64,000 bases of DNA from Gammaproteobacteria bacterium (lineage in GTDB: Bacteria > Pseudomonadota > Gammaproteobacteria > Steroidobacterales > Rariloculaceae), in the NCBI GenBank assembly GCA_050485645.1, contig JBJHBT010000017.1, positions 2,752 through 66,751 on the forward strand. The letters are read 5' to 3'. The notes beneath the pieces are model-generated. The model did not search any database, was not told where the DNA came from, and was given only the letters and a program-made list of their open reading frames with translations. This document shows positions 55,951 through 64,000 of the stretch, one piece after another. The stretch's first letter is position 1. Each line of letters begins with the position of its first letter. The position numbers were made by a program, and so were the translations under genes.

Positions 55951-55988
55951 GGCCCGTGCCACGGGCGGCCGGTCTGCGGACGCGCGGC

Positions 55989-57485
55989 TCAGGTCTGTGT
56001 ACCGCCCACCGTCAGCGAGTCCACCTTCAGGGTCGGCTGACCGACGCCCACGGGCACGGACTGCCCCTCCTTGCCGCAGACACCAATGCCGGGGTCCAGC
56101 TCCAGGTCATTGCCGACCATCGACACCATGGTCAGCACCTGTGGCCCGTTGCCGATCAGCATGGCGCCCTTGATCGGCGCACCCTTGCGGCCGTTCTCGA
56201 TCATGTACGCCTCGCTGGCCGAGAACACGAACTTGCCCGACGTGATGTCGACCTGCCCACCGCCGAAGTTCGGCGCGTAGATACCACGCGACACCGACGC
56301 GATGATTTCCTCCGGATCGTAGGACCCGGGGAGCATGTAGGTGTTGGTCATGCGCGGCATCGGCATATGCGCATAGGATTCGCGTCGCGCATTGCCGGTG
56401 GGTGATACGCCCATCAGCCGCGCATTGAGCTTGTCCTGCATGTAACTGCGCAGCACGCCATTCTCGATCAGCGTATTGCAGCGCGACGGCGTCCCCTCGT
56501 CGTCGATGTTCAGCGACCCGCGACGGCCCGGCAGCGTACCGTCGTCCACCACGGTGCACTGCGACGCTGCGACACGTTCGCCGATGCGACCGGCGAACGC
56601 CGACGTGCCCTTGCGATTGAAGTCGCCTTCCAGACCGTGGCCGATCGCCTCATGGAGCAGCACGCCCGGCCAGCCGGCGCCCAGCACCACCGGCAGCACA
56701 CCGGCCGGTGCCGCGATCGCCTCCATGTTCACCGTTGCCTGACGCACCGCTTCGGCAGCCATGGCCGCCCGATAGTCGGCCGACGTGAACATCGTGAAAT
56801 CCGTACGGCCGCCGCCACCGGCAAACCCCTGCTCGCGTCGGCCGTTGCGCTCCATGATCACGGACAAGTTGAGCCGCACCAACGGGCGCACGTCGGCGGC
56901 CAGCGTACCGTCCGATCCGCGCACCAGGATCACTTCGTAAACGCCGGCAAGACTGCCTGTCACCTGCACCACCCGTTCGTCGAGTGCCCTGGCGCGACGA
57001 TCCAGATCGGCCAGCAGTTCAACCTTTTCGCTGTCAGTCAGACTGCCCAGCGGATCCATCGCCGGATACAGCGACCGGCCACCATCGCGACGCGCCACCT
57101 GATAGCTGCCGTCACCGCGAGTGCGCGCGATGGCACGCGCCGCCCCCACCGCTTCCATCAGCGATGAAGTATCGAGCTGATCGGAGTACGCGAATCCGGT
57201 GCGATCGCCGCTGACGGCACGCACACCCACACCCTGATCCACGCTGTGCACGCCTTCGCGCACGATGCCGTCGTCCACGGACCATGCTTCATAGCGCGTC
57301 ATCTGCAGATACAGATCGGCATAGTCGAGCTGGCGTGACATCAGCGCACCCAGCGCCCTGTCGAGCGCATGCAGGTCCAGCTCCGCCGGCGCCAGCACCA
57401 GCTGTTCGGCCAGTGACAGTGTCTCGGCCCCGGTTGGCGGGGTCGCGGCGATGGTCATGGTGGAATTCTGCGTGCTCATTGGCAT
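55989..57485 (-). CDS. tldD: Metalloprotease TldD
   Basis: [62 protein letters not shown]. Confidence 0.97.
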   Translation of the reverse strand: MPMSTQNSTMTIAATPPTGAETLSLAEQLVLAPAELDLHALDRALGALMSRQLDYADLYLQMTRYEAWSVDDGIVREGVHSVDQGVGVRAVSGDRTGFAYSDQLDTSSLMEAVGAARAIARTRGDGSYQVARRDGGRSLYPAMDPLGSLTDSEKVELLADLDRRARALDERVVQVTGSLAGVYEVILVRGSDGTLAADVRPLVRLNLSVIMERNGRREQGFAGGGGRTDFTMFTSADYRAAMAAEAVRQATVNMEAIAAPAGVLPVVLGAGWPGVLLHEAIGHGLEGDFNRKGTSAFAGRIGERVAASQCTVVDDGTLPGRRGSLNIDDEGTPSRCNTLIENGVLRSYMQDKLNARLMGVSPTGNARRESYAHMPMPRMTNTYMLPGSYDPEEIIASVSRGIYAPNFGGGQVDITSGKFVFSASEAYMIENGRKGAPIKGAMLIGNGPQVLTMVSMVGNDLELDPGIGVCGKEGQSVPVGVGQPTLKVDSLTVGGTQT

Positions 57486-57493
57486 GGAGGCCT

Positions 57494-58315
57494 CTACAGT
57501 TCGCGGCGATGGCGGAGAGTCGGGAAGGAATGACGGATGCGGGCGAGCCGTATCATGTCCAGCTCCGCGAGCACGACGCCGGCCCCGGCCTGGAGCAGCG
57601 ACATCACTTCACCCCACGGGCCGATGATCATCGAATGGCCCCAGGTTCTGCGTCCGCCGGCGTGCTCGCCCCACTGGCCGGCCGCGACAACGTAGCACAA
57701 CGACTCGATCGCCCTCGCCTGGAGCAATGGCTGCCAGTGCACCTGGCCGGTGGGAACCGTGAAAGCGGCCGGCATGCTGAGTATATCCATTCCCATCATG
57801 CCGAGGCGGTGAAACAGCGCAGGGAACCGCAGGTCGTAACACACCGACAGGCCGATTCTTCCGAATGCCGACTCGGCAACCACCACCTCGGAACCCGGAA
57901 CCGTGGTAGCGGACTCCCGATACGACTCGGCATCGTTATCGGTTTCATCATCGGGAATCTCGACATCGAACAGATGAATCTTGTCGTAGTGACCAACGCA
58001 CTCGCCGCGGGGGCTGAACAGCATGGATCGCGACGCGGCGCGGTCGTTCTCGACCCGTACCGGAATCGTGCCACCGACCAGCCAGACGTTGCGACGCGCG
58101 GACTGCTCGGCAAGGAACTGCTGCGCCTTGCCGTTGCCCGGTTCCTCGGCGACCGCCAGACGTTCGGCATCCTCCGCGCCCATGAAGGAAAAGTTCTCCG
58201 GCAACACGACCAGCTCGGCACCCTGTTCGGCGGCCGACGCGATCAGGCGTCCTGCATCGGTGAGATTGCGGGCCACATCGCGGCCACTCGTCATCTGTAT
58301 CGCTGCTGCTTTCAT
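57494..58315 (-). CDS. Carbon-nitrogen hydrolase (Nit1-like/deaminated glutathione amidase)
   Basis: [23 protein letters not shown] (E-K-C triad), ARAIE..CYV, GHSMI. Confidence 0.93.
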   Translation of the reverse strand: MKAAAIQMTSGRDVARNLTDAGRLIASAAEQGAELVVLPENFSFMGAEDAERLAVAEEPGNGKAQQFLAEQSARRNVWLVGGTIPVRVENDRAASRSMLFSPRGECVGHYDKIHLFDVEIPDDETDNDAESYRESATTVPGSEVVVAESAFGRIGLSVCYDLRFPALFHRLGMMGMDILSMPAAFTVPTGQVHWQPLLQARAIESLCYVVAAGQWGEHAGGRRTWGHSMIIGPWGEVMSLLQAGAGVVLAELDMIRLARIRHSFPTLRHRREL

Positions 58316-61300
58316 TGCATCCCTGTTTCTACGGCGGCACTGGACAACCGCACTTCCGGCACCGGCGCCACGCATGCGTCGTTCTGAGCCGACTGGGAAG
58401 CAGGCAGGCGCTCCACCTGCGGGTCTTCCCAGCTGCCGGTCACGCAGTAGTTCACCCTGCCGATTCCCTTCAATGGTTCCCGAAAAATATGTGTAAACAG
58501 CAACAGCGCGGCGCCGACACCGGGCCCGCCGATCAGACCGCCAACCGTCGGCAGAACCTTGCCCGGTTCAGCAGTCACGGTGGCGTACTGCTGATAGTCG
58601 TGGTCGCGCAGCCCGGTGCGCCCGGCCACGCCGATTTCCACCGCTGGACCGGTCAGCGTCAGATTGCTGGTATAGGCATTCCCGTCGTCGATCTGAAAAT
58701 CGCCGCTGATCCGATCGAATACCAGTCCACGCTGAAACACATCGCGAAAATCCAGCGCCAGCCGGCGCGGCAATGCGGTGATGCTCATCAGTCCGACCAG
58801 CCGTCCGGCACCGGGCTGCACGTCAACCAGACTGCCCGTGTTGACGCGTATCGACAGCTCACCGTTCACATGTCGTGCCCAGTCGCCGGAAGGCGGTCCC
58901 GGCCAATACACGCTGGCGCTGACTTCACCCGACTCGCCTTCGGCGAACCGCTCGAAGCCCAGCTCATCCAGTGACGCCGCCACATCGGACGACTGCAACG
59001 CGAACGAGAGCTGCGTTCCGGCACCCTGGGAACCGAGAAACCAGCTGCCGCTGCCGTCCAGGGCGAAACTTCGCGCATCGCCACGAAAGCGGGTCATGCG
59101 CAGACCCAGAGGCTCGGGTACGACTTCCGCCTCCACACTGCCGAAGTGCCGCGCACCCAGCATGAACTCGTCGGCGGTCAGCGACAGACCCGGCAGCGTA
59201 CGCGGATCGGTGCCGATCAGATCGGCACCGCCGTCCACATTCAGATGCAGGCGTTGCATTCTGGCGCGCACATCGGCGCGCTCATCCGCTGTACGCGTCA
59301 GCGTCACCCGCCCTGCGACCGGATCGCTGTCGATGTCCAGCAGCCAGACATCGTCCTGTCGCGCCAGATTCACCGTCGCGGACCCGAGAGACTGACCGAA
59401 AGCGTGCAGATCGACAAAATCCAGATTCATCCCCAACAGCTGTTCACCGTGCGCCACCGACAGCCCACCGTCACGCGCCAACGCAAGCCAGTCATCCAGC
59501 CGCACCGCACCCAGCTGCCCATCGAGCACGAATCCGGACTGCTGCGGGAGATCAGGCCAGGCGCCACCGAATCGCAGCGTACCGCGATCCAGCGTCAGGC
59601 CATCGCCGTAGTCGCGCCAGGCCAGCGCAAACCGCCGCGTGAAGCCGAAGTCACCACGCAACTCCATGCGATCGTGGTCCGGGAACACAAATTCCAGGCG
59701 TACACCCGCTGCGTCGGCGGCGGCTTTCGCAAACGGCGGCGGCAGGTCCAGACCGACACCGGACAGACTCGAACTCACCGACGCCCGCACCGGCGCACCA
59801 CCGTTACCGGCATTCATCGGCAACAACAGGCTGCCCTGCCAGCGGGCGCGGCCGGCAATGAAGTCCTCTCCCGGCAATTCGAACCGGCTCAGCACATTCG
59901 CCATATCCACGTCGCCCTCGACAGAGACACGGGCGCGATAACCAGGCAGCGACACCGACTCGACCCTGGCGGTCACCGGGCCCTCCAGCAGCATCGCGCT
60001 GATGCCGTCACCGAACACCATGTCGTTGCTGAACTCCAGCACGCCTTCGATGTCCGTGGCGCGTGCCGCAACGCCGCTGATCGCCAGATCGCCACCCAGC
60101 ATGGCAACAGAACCCTGCAGCTCATAGCCGGCGGGATCGGCAAGCGGCAGAGACAGCTGCAATGCCACAGTGCTGTCGCCATCCAGCACCAGGACGCGAT
60201 CAAACTCCGGACCCAGCTGGCGCGCGATCAGCGGTGCACTGCGCAGATAGCGCAACACATCCGGCAAGGGACCGTCGGCGGCCGCGTCGACTTCGATCAC
60301 CGCTCTGCGCATGTCGGCAATCCGGACCCGGATGTCGTTACCCCTGTGGCCCAGCACCCGCCCGCTGCCGCGGGCATCGAACGATGCGTTGACGAACTCG
60401 ACCGTACCGTCAAGGCCCTCGGCAACCGGCCAGTCCTCGAGGTAGGCGAGAACGCCGCCCTCGATCCGCGCGACGGCACGAAACTGTCCTTCACCATCGT
60501 CGAACGGGAACGATCGCAGCGGACCGAAGAACGTGACGTCGGCATTGACGACGCGGCCGTCCACCAGGGCGTGATCCAGCCATGTGACCAGTCCCGGTGC
60601 CATGATCGCTTCAGGCAGGTAGCGTCTGACAGCCGGAACCGTGGATTCGGTCAGCGTTGTATCAAGTTCCAGTATCGGTGAGGAACCGTCCAGAGGCCAT
60701 GTCAGTTCAAGATTGGACAGCGTACTGGCGTCGGCATTGGCGAGCACCAGATTGTCGCTCACCACCCGCACGCCGTCGCGCCCTTCGCGCCAGACCAGCA
60801 GGCCGCTGAGCGTGTCGATGGCCAGCGGCTGACGGAACAGCATGGGCCAGTCCACGACCACATCGCTGCTGTCCAGCTGCAGGCGGCCGCTGCGCCCGTC
60901 CGCGCGCAGTTCTCCGGAGAGCCGACGCACATCAGGCCACTGCGCGAACCCCGGAACATCCAGCCGTTCGAAGCGCGCCGCGATCCGATAGTCCGGTTCG
61001 CCGCCGGTAGAGGTCCACGAGCCATCGAGGTCGCGCAGGTCGCCTCGCGGCGCGGCGGCCATCCAGTCGCGCAGGACTTCCGGGACAAGGCGCCGCGGCA
61101 ACATCGGGATCAGGTCGTCGATGCGCGCAAACGTGGCGGTCAGATGGATGTCGCGCAGACTGCCTTCGTATTCACCGACCACCAGTTCGGATCGCACATC
61201 GCGCGGCCAGGCGCGACCGCCCCGGACCAGCGCGACGTCATCCACCGTGATCCGCCAGCCCGCCTCCGTACCGCGCCAGCGGGCCGCGAACCTGATCTGG

Positions 61301-62226
61301 TCGTAGCGGGGTGATCCGCCGGCGACACTGCTGTCTTCCGACTGTGCTGCGGTCAACCGCGTTTCCGCCAGTTGCACATCCGCAAGGGCGATGGTCGCGT
61401 TCACCTGATCAAAACCGCTGCCATGCCAGTGAACCTCGACGGCAACATCGCCATTGCCCTGTTGCGGCAGGTCCGCGATATCCGGGAGCGCGCGTGCCAG
61501 TTCGGCGAGATCCAGACCACTCACCTGCGCCTGCAGCACGGCCGGCCCGTCGACACTCATCGACGGCGCCTGTGCCTGCAACGAGAACTCAAACCGTTCC
61601 GCGAGCTGGGCGGGCGGCGCGGCCTGCGCACTCAGCATCAGCACGTCGTCGGCATGCGTGAGCGATCCGCTGAGGTCATGAAACTCCCAGGCGATGGCGC
61701 GCTCGCGATCCCGATAAACAACGGTGCTGTCATGCACCGCGACCTCCAGCTCGGCCGGCAATTCCAGATTCCAGGCGCCGCGCGCGCCGCCAGGCAGTGG
61801 CGCACCCTGCAGGCTGAGTGCGCCGTCGACATCGCGCACCAGCACCAGGCGGGTGCCGTCGAAGACAAGCTGGCTGAAACGAACACGACGTTCGGTCAGC
61901 AGCGCCCTGGCATCGATGCGGACCCGTGCCTGACGTGCGCTGAGGAAGGGGTCGCCCTGGCCGGCACCGCCGACGCTGGCGTCGTGGAAGGTGAGCTCGG
62001 GGCCGCGCATGCCCAGACGTATGTCGACGCGCTCAAAGTCCACTTCCAGGCCCAGCGTCTCCGTCACCCAGGCCTGCATCTGCTCCTGATAACCGGGCAA
62101 CTGCGCAATGAGCAGGCGAAACCCGCCGATGGCGAGCGCCAGCACGATCACCATGGCCGCGGCAACGGCTAGCACCCGGCGCGCCAGTTCGCCGAGCAGG
62201 GTGCGTTTTCTGCGTGTCGCGTTCAA
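58312..62226 (-). CDS. yhdP: AsmA-like lipid-transfer protein YhdP (TIGR02099)
   Basis: 1304 aa; N-terminal TM helix, repeating beta-groove, GRLVGLMSI.ALPRRL.LDF.D.F; between rng and nit. Confidence 0.9.
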   Translation of the reverse strand: MNATRRKRTLLGELARRVLAVAAAMVIVLALAIGGFRLLIAQLPGYQEQMQAWVTETLGLEVDFERVDIRLGMRGPELTFHDASVGGAGQGDPFLSARQARVRIDARALLTERRVRFSQLVFDGTRLVLVRDVDGALSLQGAPLPGGARGAWNLELPAELEVAVHDSTVVYRDRERAIAWEFHDLSGSLTHADDVLMLSAQAAPPAQLAERFEFSLQAQAPSMSVDGPAVLQAQVSGLDLAELARALPDIADLPQQGNGDVAVEVHWHGSGFDQVNATIALADVQLAETRLTAAQSEDSSVAGGSPRYDQIRFAARWRGTEAGWRITVDDVALVRGGRAWPRDVRSELVVGEYEGSLRDIHLTATFARIDDLIPMLPRRLVPEVLRDWMAAAPRGDLRDLDGSWTSTGGEPDYRIAARFERLDVPGFAQWPDVRRLSGELRADGRSGRLQLDSSDVVVDWPMLFRQPLAIDTLSGLLVWREGRDGVRVVSDNLVLANADASTLSNLELTWPLDGSSPILELDTTLTESTVPAVRRYLPEAIMAPGLVTWLDHALVDGRVVNADVTFFGPLRSFPFDDGEGQFRAVARIEGGVLAYLEDWPVAEGLDGTVEFVNASFDARGSGRVLGHRGNDIRVRIADMRRAVIEVDAAADGPLPDVLRYLRSAPLIARQLGPEFDRVLVLDGDSTVALQLSLPLADPAGYELQGSVAMLGGDLAISGVAARATDIEGVLEFSNDMVFGDGISAMLLEGPVTARVESVSLPGYRARVSVEGDVDMANVLSRFELPGEDFIAGRARWQGSLLLPMNAGNGGAPVRASVSSSLSGVGLDLPPPFAKAAADAAGVRLEFVFPDHDRMELRGDFGFTRRFALAWRDYGDGLTLDRGTLRFGGAWPDLPQQSGFVLDGQLGAVRLDDWLALARDGGLSVAHGEQLLGMNLDFVDLHAFGQSLGSATVNLARQDDVWLLDIDSDPVAGRVTLTRTADERADVRARMQRLHLNVDGGADLIGTDPRTLPGLSLTADEFMLGARHFGSVEAEVVPEPLGLRMTRFRGDARSFALDGSGSWFLGSQGAGTQLSFALQSSDVAASLDELGFERFAEGESGEVSASVYWPGPPSGDWARHVNGELSIRVNTGSLVDVQPGAGRLVGLMSITALPRRLALDFRDVFQRGLVFDRISGDFQIDDGNAYTSNLTLTGPAVEIGVAGRTGLRDHDYQQYATVTAEPGKVLPTVGGLIGGPGVGAALLLFTHIFREPLKGIGRVNYCVTGSWEDPQVERLPASQSAQNDACVAPVPEVRLSSAAVETGMQ

Positions 62227-62319
62227 TGCATCGTCTTCAGTATCGTCAACAGGTTCCGGCGGGATGCGCCCGTCGCGCTGTGCTGCCGGTGTCCGTCACG
62301 GCGGCCTCCGGTCCCACAG

Positions 62320-63795
62320 CTACATCAGCACGACATCGAACTGGTCGGGCACATACGCGGCTTCGCTCTGCAGCCGTATCGGCTTGCGGGTGAACTCTTC
62401 CAGCTCGGCCATACCGGTGGATTCCTCGTCCAGCAGACGCTCGATCACTTCCGGTCTGGCCAGCACCAGCAGCTCCTGGAAGTCGAACTGGCGATACTGG
62501 CGCAGGATCTCGCGGAAAATCTCATAGCATATCGTCTCAGGGGTCTTTACGAACCCCCGACTGTTGCATGTAGGACAGCCCTGACACAGCACGTGTTCCA
62601 GGCTTTCCCGGTTGCGCTTGCGTGTCATCTCCACCAGACCCAGCGGCGACACGTTCATGATCTCGGTCCGGGCGTGGTCCAGCGCAAGCCGCGCCGTCAG
62701 CGCCTGCTGCACCTGCCGTCGATGCTCCTCATCAGCCATATCGATGAAATCTATGATGATTATCCCGCCGAGATTGCGCAGCCGGAGCTGCCGCGCGATC
62801 GCCACCGCGGCCTCCAGATTGGTGCGATACACCGTTTCCTCGAGGTTTCTGTGGCCCACATAGCCGCCGGTATTGACGTCGATGGTCGTCATGGCCTCCG
62901 TCTGGTCGAACACCACGTGACCGCCGGATTTCAGTGGCACCCTGCGCTGCAGCGCCCGGTCGATCTCGTCCTCCACCCCGTAGAGGTCGAAGATCGGGTG
63001 ATTCTCCTCGTACAGGCTGATCCGCGCGAGCATGGACGGCATGAAACGGCCGGCGAACGCCTGCATGCGCGCGAACGTCGTTTCGCTGTCCACGCGTATC
63101 CGTTCCACGTCGATGCCGACCAGATCCCTGAGAACACGCAGCGGCAACGACAGGTCCTCATGCACGAGCTGCCCGGACCGGCTGTCCGCCGCGGTCTGCA
63201 GGATCGCCTTCCACAGCCTGTCGAGGAACAGCATGTCCGCACGCAGCGCATCCAGTGACGCGCCCTCGGCCGCCGTGCGCACGATGTAGCCGTAGCCGCT
63301 GGCCGGGTCCGTGATGCAGCCCATCACTTCGCGCAGCCGCAGTCGCTCGGCCTCGCTCTCGATGCGCGCGGAAACCCCCGTGCCGCCCCCGCCCGGCAGG
63401 AGAACGAGATAGCGGGACGGAATGGAGATGTGAGTGGTCAGCCGCGCGCCCTTGCTGCCCAGCGGATCTTTCAGCACCTGTACGAGTACATCCATGCCCT
63501 CGCGCAACAGGTCGCGAATATCGCCCTCCTGATCGCCCGGGCCATCCTGCCCGTGAGGATGGTGTGTGCCGCGGGCGATATCGGAATAGTGCAGAAACGC
63601 GGTGCGCTCAAGGCCCAGGTCCACGAACGCCGCCTGAATGCCCGGCAACACGCGCGATACCCTGCCCTTGTAAATATTGCTGATCAGCCCGCGACGACTG
63701 GCACGCTCGATCAGCACTTCCTGCAGCATCCCGTTCTCAACGACGGCGGCACGTGTTTCGCGCGGTGTCACGTTGACGAGGATTTCCGCCTTCAA
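62320..63795 (-). CDS. rng: Ribonuclease G
   Basis: [51 protein letters not shown] start overlapping the maf TGA. Confidence 0.96.
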   Translation of the reverse strand: MKAEILVNVTPRETRAAVVENGMLQEVLIERASRRGLISNIYKGRVSRVLPGIQAAFVDLGLERTAFLHYSDIARGTHHPHGQDGPGDQEGDIRDLLREGMDVLVQVLKDPLGSKGARLTTHISIPSRYLVLLPGGGGTGVSARIESEAERLRLREVMGCITDPASGYGYIVRTAAEGASLDALRADMLFLDRLWKAILQTAADSRSGQLVHEDLSLPLRVLRDLVGIDVERIRVDSETTFARMQAFAGRFMPSMLARISLYEENHPIFDLYGVEDEIDRALQRRVPLKSGGHVVFDQTEAMTTIDVNTGGYVGHRNLEETVYRTNLEAAVAIARQLRLRNLGGIIIIDFIDMADEEHRRQVQQALTARLALDHARTEIMNVSPLGLVEMTRKRNRESLEHVLCQGCPTCNSRGFVKTPETICYEIFREILRQYRQFDFQELLVLARPEVIERLLDEESTGMAELEEFTRKPIRLQSEAAYVPDQFDVVLM

Positions 63796-64000
63796 CAACC
63801 CGCCTCCACGCCTTCGAGCCACGCGGGAAGACCGAAGCGGCGCAGCAGCATCGTGGTTTCGAACAGCGGCAGCCCCATCACCGACGAATAGCTGCCGCTC
63901 AGATGCTGGACGAAGACAGCGGCCAGCCCCTGAATGCCGTAACCGCCGGCCTTGTCGTAGGGCTCGTCGGACGCGCAGTACGCCATTCGCTCGTCCTCGC
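63792..64000 (-). CDS. maf: Maf/YhdE nucleotide pyrophosphatase, C-terminal part (runs off the right edge)
   Basis: [24 protein letters not shown]; upstream of rng. Confidence 0.93.
   Translation of the reverse strand, partial: EDERMAYCASDEPYDKAGGYGIQGLAAVFVQHLSGSYSSVMGLPLFETTMLLRRFGLPAWLEGVEAGC

Overview
High-GC (roughly two-thirds G+C) gammaproteobacterial chromosome segment. Synteny and gene content suggest a Steroidobacterales/Woeseiales/Xanthomonadales-like lineage (inference). About 55 CDS plus tRNA-Gln(CTG) and 6S RNA; no CRISPR array, transposase, integrase or prophage was seen. Most of it is conserved core: addAB, murU | lptD-surA-pdxA-rsmA-apaH | thyA-lgt, ygfB-pepP-ubiH-ubiI, TIGR02449-zapA-6S-ygfA-EVE, rpiA, rplM-rpsI, coq7, crp, djlA, purC, pmbA, purEK, and maf-rng-yhdP-nit-tldD. 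The highlights are as follows. (1) A 13.5-kb, seven-gene uncharacterised envelope system (6539-20048) coupling a cytoplasmic MoxR AAA+/DUF58 pair to two membrane-anchored vWA-GATase-like proteins, an exported TPR-Zn peptidase, an exported caspase-fold protein with no cysteine, and a giant coiled-coil protein with glutenin-like GQQ/GQP repeats. (2) A secreted tandem HtrA protease with the fungal Nma111/plant DEG7 architecture. (3) An unannotated 57-aa ORF behind a textbook class II CRP promoter. (4) A perfect CRP box upstream of crp. (5) A 48%-lysine histone-H1-like protein. (6) A nested 193-bp palindromic element. (7) A probable CTG start for lgt and several apparently leaderless genes. All assignments come from motif recognition by eye; no database searches were run.
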